In this document: one piece after another, positions 41,304 to 55,866 of the stretch
Position numbering within the stretch: position 1 is the first letter of the stretch
Layout: every line of letters starts with the position of its first letter
Origin: Octopus vulgaris
Taxonomy: Eukaryota
NCBI GenBank assembly: GCA_951406725.2
Contig: OX597826.1
Span: 75,764,001-75,828,000, forward strand
Direction: 5' to 3'
DNA: 64,000 nt
Notes under the pieces: model-generated
Told to the model about the DNA's origin: nothing
Databases searched by the model: none
The model's input: only the letters and a program-made list of their open reading frames with translations
Translations under genes and position numbers: made by a program

Positions 41304-42959
41304 GTGCATACATTTGTGCGTGAGTATGAGTGAGTGTTTGTGTGTGCGTGCGTGAGTTGTTGTGTGTAAACGGTAAAGTAAAAGTAGGTAGGTAATGGGA
41401 TAGATAGTTAAATGAGCAGGTGGATGGAAAGATAGATAAATAGATAGACAGAGAGAGACAGAGAAAGAGAGAAAGTAATGGACACATATATAGATAGCTG
41501 TATAAATGTATACATGTGTGTGTGCGTAACTATATGTGTATAACTTATGTATATGTATGTATATGAACGGAGAGGGACGGGGTAATATAAGGGTGGAAGA
41601 AATTAGCATTCTAATTTTTATAATCGTCTTTGAGGGTGGGGGGGTTCTGTTCAGGTATGAGCAATAATGTCCAAAGTATGTAGTATGACTTATGGAATCG
41701 TTTAAACCTTATCAAAGAATCGTCTACATGTTTCCACATTTCTACATATGTTTTAACTCTTTTAAAAGCTTCTATGGAAAACTCTTCTGCCCACCCATAT
41801 AGAGTATTACAGGTGTGAAAATTGAAAAGCAGGACGTGCATTTTTATTTATATATATATTTTTTTTTTACATTTTAATAAACAGAATTAACGTCTTTGCT
41901 GTATAGTTATAGCAGACCATCGCTGCGTAGAAGTAATTTACACTTTATGGCAGAAAAGATAAAATATGCCGAGTGCCTACAGATTATTCAACACTTCAGA
42001 ACTCAGATTGCTCTATTAAAAGCAATGCCTATTCATTTACCAAGTGTTTTGAATTAATCATGCATTACTGCGTAGTTTCGAGATTTCTATGATGCGGTTG
42101 TTTATTTTCAGAATGTCATTATAGAGTAAGTGTGAGAGGCCGGATCTGTCCAGTTTAAACATAAAGCAAGTGCAATATTTGGGTCAGATATAGACAGTCA
42201 GAGCGTGACGTTGACCGCATTGAAGACACAGCATAACATTGGTTCCATTGAAGCAGAGAAGATCATCTCTCAAGTATCTCTCTTAAGAATTAATTAATTA
42301 TCCTGAGGTATAGTTTATCAAACAATTACCGACGCAGTAATAAAGGAATGTTCTTTGATTAACGGGTGAAGGGTAATTTCGGAATAAAAATATTTTGTTA
42401 CTTGAATCGGTCTCAGTAAATATGAGTAGCCTAAATTTATGGAGACCTTGGACAAAGGTGAATAAAACTGACCTCATTTGCAGATGGATACACAGCTTGG
42501 AGGTTCATAAACAGTGTTCAATTTCCGTTGTTTCCAATTAAATGCCACAGGGAGACAGAACTTCAATTCTAAGCAAACAGACAGCAAAGAAAACTGTTTC
42601 TTAGAGGCTCAAGAAATTTGGAACATGATAGTGATAACGGTAATAAGGGGAGAATTGAGATGAATGGAGTTTTGTGAGTTGAGAGTAGAAGTCAGAGTAG
42701 TAGTTGTGCATAGTAGACAGAGAAAAAAGCATGGCTTAACGTTAGAATATAAAGTAAAACGTCTGTATCAGGGTTACGGTTGCCTCTTTGAGTCTATTTG
42801 AATTGATATCGTCAGAAATGGCATTTTGATCGAGTGTAATGTGTTTTGTTATCAATGTAATTTATCTCTCTATTAAGAACGGTCGTGTAATCGCAAGACC
42901 GGAACATATATCTCCATAAAATATATCGACCGTCAATGTTTTGGAAGAGATGTAACAAA

Positions 42960-43270
42960 ATAAAAGATTTTAATATTTTATGTTGGCATGAAATTCTATC
43001 TGGCTGTCTGTTAAAAGTATGATCTTCGTCGAAAAGAATTTCAAAGCTCTCTGTTGTACAAAGATTACTAGGTCTTTATTTTATGGAGTATTTTCGCCTT
43101 TAATAGAATGTTTCATTTTGGGTTGCATTGTTTATTTTTAATCTACAAATCCCAGACGTAATTTGAGAACGATGGCATTGCTTCAGCACGGGTTTTGAAA
43201 CGTATATTGGTTGCTTTCTAGCTTTTGAGATGAAGATGACAATGTACGCCTTCAAATGAGTTATTGATTT
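42960..43270 (-). pseudogene. Old Penelope-like GIY-YIG C-terminal remnant
   Basis: SNYVWDL*IKNK..ILLKAK and NLCTTESFEILF..ISCQHK resemble the PLE ORF end LSxYVWxLK..ILxKA..CNLCxxEKxxI..SxCRH. Confidence 0.6.
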
Positions 43271-44532
43271 CTACAGTTCACTGGTAAACTTTATCTTTAA
43301 GCTCGGTAAATGCTAAACTATATCTTTGGTTTTGGATGACTTGTTTAGATGATACTAAGATTTAAGCCACAAGTGTAGCAGTATAAAAATTTTAATAGAT
43401 TTTTCGTTAAAAATAACATACATGCTGCGGAGAAAACTGCTTAAGTAATTTGAGGGAACTTTTTGCAGTTAGGTTGGCTACTGCTAAATTAAAATAAAAA
43501 TTTTACCAACAAGTTTTCTGTATATATTCTTATCGGTTGCAATTGTCATGAAATCTCTTTGTACTTAATATGTTATATCTGAAGCTGTTTCTGAAAAAAA
43601 AAAAAACGTCGTTAAAATACTGAGATGAGTCACTGAAATTTATATGTTGTCGGAAAGTTTTCAAAGTCTGAGAGTAATATTTTTAACAAGGCTATTAATA
43701 ATGTTCTTGTCGTAGTTAAATTTTTTTGCTGAAGTAGTTTAAATTTTTCGTTGGATTTGCGATGAAAATAGCGCAAAGAGTAGATTACATTTAAAATAGC
43801 GCCATGAACGATAACAGTGCAACGATAAGACTCCATGAGTAGATCAAAATTTATGAAGATATACAAGATTTTTCTTAACCTTTTTGCTTACTGAATTATA
43901 ACTAAAGAGGGGCGGAACAAAGGGCCGTTGTCTTGCAATCGGTTTTCTTTTAGTGTTCCAGTCTACTCAAAGCACATAATTTCATGCTGTTCCAGTTTAC
44001 TCAACCGAAAATTAATACAACATTAAATGCTTTGTTGGGTCAAAGATCGGAGGCCGAAAGAGTATCTATGTTTTCTCCTGACTAAATAGATACCAAAAAA
44101 AGTCAATAACGGAAACGTGGCAAATGCTACCAGATCATACTCACTTTCAAGTGATGAGTGAGCTTTTCCTTTTTCTTTTATAAATATGAACGATGAGATC
44201 GCTTATTTCCGCAGAATCGTTTGCACTTACGCTCACATTGAAGGGAATGCGAGATCGCTTTTGACCAAATAAAATTTTTATAATTCACTTTAGTTTTATA
44301 TATATACGGAATGATTTTAAATGCAGAGGTATGCATAATTTGTGACTGATCTAACGAGATTGGGGTCACTAAGGAGTAGAGTTTAGTGATAAAAGTATAA
44401 AACTGTTTTATTTGTATTTGTAATTTAGTTGTTCTTTATCATTATATATGCATATACATGTTTGTAAATGTGAAGGTATTTTGATGCAAATAGGAAAAAA
44501 TAGAACTCAAAATATGAGTACATGTATGCTTT

Positions 44533-44790
<258 letters not shown>

Positions 44791-44869
44791 GGGGAGGTGT
44801 AAGTGTGTGCTCGTGTGTGTATGTGTGCGTGTTTGTATGTACATATACATTAATATATGCATGTATTTA

Positions 44870-45762
44870 CAGGGTTTTCGGGCTAATTTTCACACTTTGT
44901 ATAAAAGGAAAGCGAAACAATATACAAAATAAAAGTTTGTTTTTTTTAAATCAAAAATATCAATGAAATTATAGCTGGAAGATAACAGCTTGCTCAATGT
45001 AGCCATCTTCAGCTTCCACCTCAGCCTCAACACGGCTCCGAAACCTAAGCCATGAGTTCCTGGCAGCGTTCCTGGGAAGATCTTCGAACATCTCCTTGAT
45101 CTTCGCCACCAGCTCGGCCTTGATGTTGCATGCAGAGCGGTTGGTGTCTTTCTCAGCTGTGCCCCCACGCATGGTAATCCATGGAATTGAAAAAACGGAG
45201 AATTAGGAAGCCAGACATTAGAGATGGTGAAGTTGTAGAAATTATCCAACAACCACTTCTGATACTTTCTGAAAGTATGGCAAGGAGTCGAATTTTGCTC
45301 TCACATATATGGCCTCCCAGTAGCAACCCTCTCCAACCAGGTTTTGGCCAGTCTCATGCAGTTTCAGATAGCCGTCTGAATTGAGTCTAAGACTCTGTTC
45401 AAAGACGTGGAGCGGCATGACGTCACTCCCACTGGAATCGTACCCAAAGCTCATCCCAGTTTTGAGGGGTGACTTGATTTTCATGATGTCCGTGTCACGT
45501 CTTACAGCCTTTACGGCGTTCACAAGCTTTGAGCAACGGTCATGATGTCGGCATTTTGACACCCAGCGCGAATCATCGTGATACAGGCAACTCTTTTCCA
45601 ATATTCAGATAGCTTCTACTCTTCCATGGCAACTAACTTTTTCTCAACTAAAGCTTTAATCTATATACTCTCCAACACCGTTGACTGTTCACCGATGCAT
45701 CAAGTTGTTCTTGAAAAAAGAAAAAAGGTATAAAAATCTTGAAATGCAGCTCGAATACCATG
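44870..45762 (-). mobile_element. Degraded Tc1/mariner-superfamily (maT/DD37D-like) transposon with both TIRs
   Basis: Diverged TIRs ta|cagggttttcgggct.. and ..agctcgaataccatg|ta; transposase C-terminus VWLPNSP..ELVAKIKEMFEDLPR..RFRSRVEAEVEAEDGYIE. Confidence 0.8.
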
Positions 45763-46317
45763 TAAAAGATGTTGACTACAATGTTTGCGCATCTGCTGTA
45801 GAAATAAACAGGTGTGAACGTATCACTGTATTCTCTTTGAACGCAAAAATAAAATAAATAAAGGAGATTATTCTCACCTGTTTCACGGCTGGTTGGCTAC
45901 TCCTCAGAGGATACGTATCCCTCGTTCTTCTGCCCACGTAAATAAGTTACAGCGATCGCTTTGAAATTTATCATAGATTCTGTAATGCACACTGTTTATA
46001 CTCCAAATATTTAATAAACTCACTACATTGTCGACTAATGCACGGTATGCAAATTACGGGAGTCTTTTTAGTTAGCTCGATTTACATAATGATTGTTTTA
46101 GCTTCTCCCTGCAGGAGATTGCGAAGTGAGAAGACCAGAGAATCATGTAACGTGTCAAGATAATCTTCTGTATTATTTTCGATGCAAAGACAATAACAAA
46201 ATATATTTATATCTGTTTACTTTCGGGGCGTATGCGTTAACAAAAATGTAATCTAACTACTTTAAACTTATCTTAGATCTTCCAGCATGCAGTGCTGATT
46301 CATAAAGATACAGATTA

Positions 46318-46380
<63 letters not shown>

Positions 46381-46404
46381 AGAAAGGCAAAAAGAGATAT
46401 CATA

Positions 46405-46443
<39 letters not shown>

Positions 46444-46467
46444 AGAAAGGCAAAAAGAGATATCATA

Positions 46468-46510
<43 letters not shown>

Positions 46511-46940
46511 TATATATATCATATATATCATATATATAACGCATATATATATACACACACACTCATATATATATATATGCTTTATTTGTTATAGCAAATA
46601 AAAAACAAAGGTATTTTTCAAAGGTCTTTCTCGAGTCATAAGCTTATAAGCCCAGCTTCCAGGATTCTCTGGCGAATGTATTGTGCCGCCAGAGTGTACT
46701 GGAGCAACGTAAAATGAGGTGTTTTACTCAAGACATTTATGGCTGATTTAGCGAAATGTTTCGGCACCCTCACTCACATTTAGTGACGGTTAAATTTTTC
46801 CTTTATGACATTATATTGCGCCTGGCTGTTTATATTAATTTTTAATTGTACGCATTAGCATTTCGCTAAATCAGTCATAAACTTTTATGGTAAATACATA
46901 TTTATATACTGGCAGACGGAATTAGCCGTTTGAGTAGTCA

Positions 46941-46984
46941 CTATTGATGATGCCTGCAAAATAAGTGAAACTAGTGTAGTCTAG
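46941..46984 (+). ncRNA. Degenerate hammerhead (U3.G8 core)
   Basis: CTA-TTGATGA-T-GCCT..AAGT-GAA-ACTA(gtg)TAGT-C-TAG; stem II is weakened. Confidence 0.55.
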
Positions 46985-47050
46985 GGATTCCAGAGACGGT
47001 CAGAGGGAGGTTACCTTCCCTCTCAGTGCATATACATACACACACACGCA

Positions 47051-47116
<66 letters not shown>

Positions 47117-47321
47117 TTGCGTTCTTCTTACAGCATTATGAGTTTTTAACTCTTATTTCTAGCAATGTAGATGCTTCAGCACCCTCAGTCACATTTAGTG
47201 ACGATTAAATTTCATGTGATGTGTGTATGTGCGTGTGTCTGTACATGCATATATATATATGTATATATATGTGTATGTATGTATGTATATATATATATAT
47301 ATATATTAACTAAGAGCACGG

Positions 47322-47354
47322 GTGTTTGAAAAGGTTAATCGAAAGCGCTTACAC
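47322..47354 (+). ncRNA. Minimal hammerhead with U3-A8 core
   Basis: GTGT-TTGAAAA-GGTTAATC-GAAA-GCGC-TT-ACAC: stem I GTGT/ACAC, palindromic AGCGCT, very short stem II. Confidence 0.6.
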
Positions 47355-47536
47355 TAGGGGTAAAACGTCTTCCGGAATAGGTTAGTAACATCCTGATAAA
47401 AGATTTTATAATTTTATTTAATTAATTGTTTTTAAAACTCCCCTTTATACTTAAAAACTGTATTATGCAATTTTTCACAAGGACTTTCCAATATATGTGT
47501 GTGTGTGCGTGTGTAAGCATATATATATATATACAC

Positions 47537-47581
<45 letters not shown>

Positions 47582-48448
47582 TATATATATATGTATATAT
47601 ATATATAGATATATATATACATACATATGAATAGACATACATTTATATGCATGCGTGTGTTTGTGTGTATGCATGTATGTATGTATTTTTTTTTATATGT
47701 ATGTATGCTTGTTTGTATGTATGTATGTTTCAACCAAAGCTGCATGGAGAAGTGATTAAACAGAGTTTTCAAAAAATAAACACTTCCCTCTCCTACTAAA
47801 TGCGGGTCCTCGCGCCTACTTAAGAAAACGTATATTTATAAATATTTTGAAATGCTAGAAAGAAAAATTGCTAGAGATCGGTGTATTCGTCAAGAAGATG
47901 ACATATTTAACATCTTTGCATCATTGCGTCAGCTTCATAATGTGAAAGGATACGACTTACCACGCGATTAGGGATGTGCATGTCCTAAAATGGAAACGCG
48001 GCGAAGACATACATGCAACTTCAGTCGTGCACACGAGCAAAGACATATGTATGCATACACGCATGCACATATATATATATATATACGTAAATATATATAT
48101 ATACATACGTAAATATACTCGCACGCGTATACATACACATGGACGTGTAAACACACACACACACACACACACGCATTCCCTTGCTTGCGCTGATTAAGTG
48201 CGTGAACTTTTTCCTTTTTTCACTATATATTATTAATTAGTATACAATTTTGTGTACGTGCGAGTATGTGTGTGTGTGTGTGTGTGTGTGTATGCGTGTG
48301 CGTGCGTGCGTGCGTGCGTGTGTGCGTGTATGTATGCGTATTTACTTTAAATATGAATGTTTTGCAAGAAATACAATTGGGTATAACGGCAGCGAGGGTG
48401 GAACTGGTGAGTAGTGCAATGCACAAGCAGCTGTAGAACTGGTGCACA

Positions 48449-48492
48449 TAACAACAACAACAACAACAACAACAATAATAATAATAATAATG

Positions 48493-48535
<43 letters not shown>

Positions 48536-48562
48536 TGATGATGATAATAATAATAATAATAA

Positions 48563-48593
<31 letters not shown>

Positions 48594-48640
48594 AAGAATG
48601 AAGAATAATAAGAAGAAGAAGAAGAAGAATGATGATGATG

Positions 48641-48674
<34 letters not shown>

Positions 48675-48796
48675 TAATAATAATAATAATAATAATAAGA
48701 AGAAGAAGAAGAAGAATGATAATAATAATAAGAAGAAGAAGAAGAAGAATGATAATAATAATAATAATAAGAAGAAGAAGAAGAAGAAGAATGATG

Positions 48797-48861
<65 letters not shown>

Positions 48862-48925
48862 AAGAAGAAGAAGAAGAAGAAGAAGAAGAAGAATGATAAT
48901 AATAATAATAACAACAACAATAATT
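48449..48925. repeat. Compound trinucleotide array of alternating (AAT)n and (AAG)n blocks
   Basis: Seen directly. Confidence 0.95.
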
Positions 48926-49068
48926 GGTTTGCCGGGGGGTGGGGGTGGAATTGCAACAGCAACCAAACAAAACAAAAAAATAACCAATAAAAATATAAAA
49001 ACAGCGTGAAAAAGTCTAGCAGAGATGTCAGACAAATACATTGTCCTCTCACTCCTTCTTTCTCCCTC

Positions 49069-49104
<36 letters not shown>

Positions 49105-49553
49105 CTCTCTCTCTCTTTCTCTTTCACTCTGTCTCCCTATCTCACGAGCCATGTGTCTTAGTAGACGTTGCTATTTATTCATAAATGCGGTATTTCTGAT
49201 TAAAGGCAAAAAAAAAAACTGAATATCTTAGGTTCGTATAATCTTCTGAAAATAATCCGAAACTCACCGAAAAATAATCTCCTTTTAAATATTTCAACTG
49301 TCAAGTGTAACTAAATATGTTGTCGCTTATCTTTCTATCTTTTACTTGTTTCAGTCACTGGGCTGCGGCCACGCTGGAGCAACCCCCAGCTCTAGTTTTT
49401 TACGCTTGGTACTTATTCTATCGGCTCTTTTTCTCTTGAACTGTTAAGTTACAGATAGTAAACAAACCGACGCCGGTTGTCAAACGGTTGTGGAAGACAA
49501 ACACAACCCCCCCACACACACACACACATATCAATCTAGACAGACAGACAGAC

Positions 49554-49607
<54 letters not shown>

Positions 49608-49619
49608 GGGTAGATATAT

Positions 49620-49655
<36 letters not shown>

Positions 49656-49982
49656 CAATAGGCAAGTACTTTCCAGGGATCCGAGTGTAGGAAGTTCGTA
49701 AGTTACAAGCATTTATGCAGCAAGGGAGATAAGTCGATTGCATTCAACCCAGTTCTCAACTGGTAATTATTTTATGAACCCCGAAAGGGAAAGTCGACCT
49801 TGGCGGAATTCGAACTCAGAACATAGAGACTGAGAGAAGGCTGCTAAGCATTTCATCCAGCATGCTACCGAATAAATCGACAATAAGTTTGGTTATCGTC
49901 GATAATATTCGTATTAAATACAGACAGGGTTTCGTTTTCAATATTTCTTGCTGATGTCTTTTTCGATTGTGTCCGCATATTA

Positions 49983-50620
49983 TGCATAAATGTATGTATG
50001 TATATATGTATGTATGTATGCATGTATGTATGTATGTATGTATGTATGTATGTATGTATATATGTATGTTTGTATGTATGTATGTATGTATGTGTGTGTA
50101 TGTATGTATGTATGTATGTATGTATGTATGTATGTATGTATGTATGTACGTATGTATTCATGCATGTATGCATGTATTATGTATGTATGTATGTATGTAC
50201 GTATGTATGCATGTATGTATGCATGTATGCATGTATGTATTCATGTATGTATGCATGTATGTATGCATATATGTATGTATGTACGTATGTATGCATGTAT
50301 GTATGTATGTATGTACGTATGTATGCATGTATGTATGCATGTATGCATGTATGTATTCATATATGTATGTATGCATGTATGTATATATGTATGTATTTAT
50401 GTATGTATTTATGTATGTATGCATGCATGTATGTATATATGCATGTATTTATGCATGCATGTTTGTATGTATGTATGCATGTATGTATGCATGTATGTAT
50501 GTATTATATGAACGCATATATGTACATACGTATGTTTGCACAAACCATTTTTGTGTATACAGAACTATTTGCATATGTGCGCATGCGCATGCGCATGCGC
50601 ATAATTGCGTATGCACGTGT
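49983..50620. repeat. Degenerate (TATG)n tract
   Basis: Seen directly. Confidence 0.95.
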
Positions 50621-50839
50621 ATACATATGTATCTATTTATTTGTCTATCTACCTATGTACAAGGCATTGCTGACAGCCATTATCTTTAATATCTAGGATA
50701 AGACAATTTGCCATCAACGACCATACTCGTCTACGAGTTGACAGCTACCACACACGGATTTATACAAGCGCTTGAACGTGTCAGGCCACCAGATTCGTTC
50801 TAAATTTTTGTCTAATTTCTATAGCAGAAAAAATATCAA

Positions 50840-51520
50840 CGATGCCTATTGGCGCGAGGACTAAAGTTTTCGGGGAGAAGGGGTCAGTCGATTACATCAC
50901 CTACAGTGCTCAACAGAGGCTTAGTTTATCGATCCCGAAAGAACGAAAGGTAAAGTAAGCTAAGACAGAAGTGGAATTCAGAACGTAAAGCCAGAAGTTT
51001 CCTCTGAGCAATTTGTTCGACGCGCTTACGATTCTGCTAGTTCGCTGCCATATTGATCACAATAATATCGGTTTCAAATTTTAGCACAACACCTGCAAGT
51101 TTGAGGAGTTGGGTAAATCGATTACATCGACCCCAGTGTCCACTTGGTACTTATTTTATCGACCCCGAAAGAATGAAAGACAAAGTCGACCTCGGCGGAA
51201 TTTGAAATCAGAGTAAAGAGGTACGAAATGCCGATAAGCAATTTGTCCGACGCGCTTTCGATTCTGCCAGTTCGCTGCCTTATCGATAATGATATTGTTT
51301 TCAAATTTTGGCACAAGGCCGGCAAGTTCGTGGGAAGGATTGAGTCAATTACATCGACCCCAGTACGCAACTGGTACTTCTTTAATCGACCCCGAAAAAA
51401 ATGAAAGGCAAAGTTAGCTTTGGTGGAATTTGAGTTTAGAACATAAAGACGGACGAAATGTCAATAAGCAATTTCTCCGGCTTGCTTACGGTTCTGCCGG
51501 CTCGTCGCCTTATCAATAAT
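50840..51520 (-). mobile_element. Three tandem SINE family B units (~230-bp period)
   Basis: Motif gattacatcgaccccagt...gaaaggcaaagtcgacctcggcggaatttga...gattctgccag repeated three times. Confidence 0.85.
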
Positions 51521-51699
51521 AGTATTAATCGGAAAGATTAATATATGCATCCTTTATATATAAAGACAAAATAGATGCAATGGTCTAACTCAGTTGGAGC
51601 CAGTATATAAATAATTCATAATCAGTCTAGACATATATGTGCAAGAACGCCAAGAGAAGCACAACTCGCTAGCGATACCACAAAAGTAAACAAAAAATA

Positions 51700-52030
51700 T
51701 TCTCCTTACATAAGAAAAACATAACAGAAATTCAAAGAAACATGACGACTAACCACTTACCAAGATATTTACCAGGCAAGACGAAGACATTAAGCCGTGC
51801 GTACGTCAGATAACACAAATATAGCCGAAAGATGGGAAAGGGCAAAAGAATTAAGGCGACAGGTTTATACCTCGTAAGAACCACGTCTGAAATAAGCCTC
51901 ATTAACAATAGAACCACCTCTGTAACTCTAAAAGCCTCAAGAATGGTAATAAAGAGAAAATCGGTGTCGTCTTTCAAAGAAATTGTTTTCGTTGTTTCGT
52001 GTGCAAAATGTGATAATCAAAACTTCTCAT
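51700..52030 (+). pseudogene. Possible Penelope-like ORF remnant (start of GIY-YIG)
   Basis: KEIVFVVSCAKCDNQ resembles KNxIYxIxCxxCxxQYIG. Confidence 0.35.
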
Positions 52031-52154
52031 TTGCACCCGAATCTAAATTGACGAAGCCGGAAGTTTCACATTTAAAATAACATGCATAACCACATACCTG
52101 AATGCATACATACATTCATACACACCTATGTATGTTAGTGTACCTATACCTGAA

Positions 52155-52450
52155 GGTGGGTAGCCTGCTGATTAGGGTGTTGCACTCACGATCACTAGGT
52201 CGTGTGTTCGATTCCCAGACTGAGTGCCGCATTGTGTTCTTGATCAAAACACTTCATTTCACGTTGCCCCAGTCGGCTCAGCTGTAGCTGATTATCCCTG
52301 AGTTGGACTAATCTTCCCATCAGAGAGAACGTTGGCCAGCTCGGCTTGCCAGTGGAGTGGCAGCATTTGAAAGCTTAACAACGATGCAAAGCACATCGTG
52401 ACCAGCGAAGTGTAACATCCGATAGTCTGGTCGATCACGTAATCACTATA
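52155..52450 (+). mobile_element. Diverged tRNA-headed SINE with RTE-like tail
   Basis: B-box gttcgattccc; tail gtgaccagcgaagtgtaacatccgatagtctggtcgatcac. Confidence 0.7.
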
Positions 52451-52747
52451 CGATAGACTTATATACATAGTTATGAAGTTATATTTTTCAGTGGACAGAT
52501 GTGGAGAACTACATTTTGGAATCGAGTGCCAAACGGATCGAAACCGGTTTAGACAATCTCACTATATTTTCCGACAAAAACGTTGGAAGGAAAGACATTT
52601 TTTTTTTTTTAAATGTTCTCAGTGCATGTCTTTAGACAGCTAAAATCTTATACTTCTTGCGTAATGCATACTTTATGCCTGTAGTATAAGATAGATTCCC
52701 ATACAAATACAGACACACCAAAAATGACAGAAGCACAAACATCAATA

Positions 52748-52818
<71 letters not shown>

Positions 52819-52859
52819 GTATGTATGTGTTTCTTCTATTTTTTTAATTATTATAAATC

Positions 52860-55720
52860 TTCCACTGAGGAGGGAGCCAGTTTCCTACAAAGATACAAGA
52901 CTCCATCTTTGAAATATCTTTAACACAAATTCACATTTGGAACTTGAGAAAAGTCTTGCATATTTTTACTGTTCCACTCACAGATTGCACTTGTAATGTA
53001 TGAATCAGCCGCTCAGTTTCTCTTTCTGAAAATCCCAGTTTATCCAGATTCTCTTTTAAACATTTACTAAGAAAACCTTGTGCTACAATTATTATTGGAC
53101 TATGAATATGATTTCATAGTCTGGATATAGAAGCTGGAGGTTTCGAAGCAGTTGTCCATAGACATCCTCTTTTTCTTTGATTCTCAAAGAGATATTTATA
53201 TCTGCAGGGCAGCTAACCTCTATGATGGTACATACCTTTGCCCCTCTGTCCCAAACAACAATATCCGGCCTGTTATGTTTACATTTGACAGAGGTTTTGA
53301 TGGGAATATTCCACCAGTATTTCTTGAGTTGGTGTATATGAATGTATTTCCATAAGAGAGGGATTTTCTAAGTTTATTTCAGGACAGTCGTTTTTGCGAG
53401 TGGCATTGTAAATTGTTTTAGCAACAACATTGTGCCGCATAGGAAGGCAGTACCGTGACGTCATTTTAAGACAGCTGTTAATCACATGCGTGATGTCTTC
53501 CGCAGAAACATGACGTAGCCTTCACATGTGGTTGTACCTTGGGATTACAAGAGCGTCACCGTTTCTTTTATTTACCAGGTACTTCCTGGATTGCAATCGC
53601 ATAGCCCTCAAAGTGTGATGTGATACAGGGGTCTTGTGTCCAAGAAAGGCTGCGCTTCGTGTCAATTCCACTGTCCTCTTCAAGCTTCCGGGCAACATAC
53701 CCATGCATAGTCTTTTTTTTTCTTTGTATGCTGAGTGCTTTCCATCCAGGTCTTCTCTGATGTAAGAGAGCCCAACTGTTTTGGGGCTGTATAGGAGATC
53801 ATCAGGAAGAGAGTGTTTCTTGAGGAGCTCACTGCCAACTCGTACACTGTTGCACACTTCACTTTTCAGCGCTGCATTTATATATTTATTCTTGTTCCTG
53901 TTGTTTAGCATTCGAAGGCCATCTGCACTGATCTCAGGCCTCTACCACTTTCATTTCTTCTTATGTAGAGCCTGTCAACATCACTGTTTCTGTGGAAGTT
54001 CCCAGTTGTTGTCAGGATTTTGCAGGATTTGAAATCCATGGAATGGATTTCCTCTACAGACCAATCAAATATATCAAATGTTGGGATCAGCACTGGTACT
54101 ACAAATGCATTGTGGGATATTGTTTTATTTTGAGAAGAAAGTTTCGATTGTCCTATTTTCCTAAGGCTGGTGTAATATTCTCGGGTCACTCTATCGTTAT
54201 TCCCAGTGTCTTTATATGATACATTTTCGTTTATGCCTAGGTACTTGTAACATTTTTTGTATGAAATAGGGGAGATAGAGGCTGTTGATTCACAGGTTTT
54301 GGGCTTAGAGGACTGACTTTTTTCGTTCTATAACCAAATACGAACATTTCTTTTGGCCAGGTTCCATGCCTATATCAGCAGAAAATGTTGTTAATTCCAG
54401 TTGTTTATTTTATTTTATTTTATTTTATTTTTTTGGCAGTGTTAACACTTTTAGCATAAATCTTCAGGTCGTCTACAAAGAAATTATGAGTTACATTGAT
54501 ATTTCTAGCAGTTGAAGATCCCTAGCATGTAACCATTTGTTTTCTGCAGTAGGAACGATAATGGATTCAGTGCCAAAATGAAAAAAAAACGCAGAAAGAC
54601 TATCTTCCTGGAATATTCCCTTTGAAATGCCTATACTCTCAGAAACAATTATTCCGTTCTCAGTTGTAAGGGTAAGAATTGTTATCCATGTCTTTGTGAG
54701 TCTCTCTCTATAGCAGCAATTAAGGTAGGAAGTACCTTTGCCAGATGTAGGCAATTCAACAGCCATGAATGAGGGATAGCGTCGAATGCATTCTTATAGT
54801 TAAGCCATATTGTCACAAGGTGTGTTTGTTGTTTTCTTACTTCAAACAGTACAGCTTTGTTTATTAAAAGTTGTTCGGCACATCTCCACACTCCCTACTT
54901 TCCACCAGCCTGTTCATCAGTCACAATATTGCTCGACTCACAATGGTCCTGGAGGAATTGGTTGAGGCAACTTGTGTACAGTTTGTACATAATGTATAGG
55001 CAAGCAATGGGCCTATATTTTCTTGCCATCTCAGTGATTTGGCAACAAGATTTGTCCCTGTTGTAGCAATTTGGTATATCAGTCTGACCTTCCAAAGTCC
55101 TTTTGAACATACACATCAATTGGTTCCTATCAAATGTCAGCTTCGTGACTATCCTTTCTTTCAATCAGACATATTGTATCCAGAGCAACATTATCAAATA
55201 TGTCCTTCGCTTTTTTTTAAGGCAGGATCTGATTTGAAAGTAAATTAGCTGGTCTTTACAGTAGACTTAGTGGAATCTAGGACATTTACCCTCCCTACCC
55301 CCATGGACAATAACCCCCGAGGACCCCTGAGGACAACAAACGATGAGTTAAAACTCCTTGATATATTGGAGAGGTAGTAATTGACCAAGGTGGGTAATTG
55401 TCCTGATACGGACTTAGCGCGTAGAAGCTCCTTCGATGACTAATGGAAATGGTTCTTTGTTTGGCGTACTCTAGTGAGGTACTCTACTGATGTTCTCTAC
55501 TGAAGTACACTAAATTCTTAATCCCATAAAGAAGGCCTATGATCCGATTTTGAAACGCTTTGGATTTGAGGCATAATACTGTGGCCATCCTCTACGAAAG
55601 CTTACGTTTGGTCTGGAACGACAAAAGTATTTTTTAGTTCGTAAAAAGAAATCAGTTGACGCGTTTGTTTTTGTATTTAACTCGAATAGGTTTTAAACTG
55701 TCATTAAGAGGCCATTATCA
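52860..55720 (-). pseudogene. Degraded RLE non-LTR retrotransposon (R4/Dong-like): RT, CCHC knuckle and restriction-like endonuclease
   Basis: KYRPIACLYIMYKLYT, EQLLINKAV, WLNYKNAFDAIPHSW, GIFQEDSLS, FVDDLKIY, HVINSC..RHNVVA and NRPDIVVWD motifs; many frameshifts; the 5' limit is approximate. Confidence 0.9.
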
Positions 55721-55834
55721 TATTAATTGTGATGTCATTAATGGAGGAGCGAACGGTGGAGTGGGGGGTTGAGGAGGAAGGAATTCAGATTTCGCCATCT
55801 CAACAATTAACATCGTCGTTTGTCACAATGTCCC

Positions 55835-55836
<2 letters not shown>

Positions 55837-55866
<30 letters not shown>

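Noticed and set aside
42785-42820. Minus-strand CTGACGA motif downstream of the PLE remnant
   Set aside because: GAAA and stem II are too degenerate to call, although the position fits a pLTR.
52480-52556. GTGGACA-GAT...ATC-GAAACCGGTT as a possible G3-C8 hammerhead
   Set aside because: A6 is missing and stem I does not pair convincingly.
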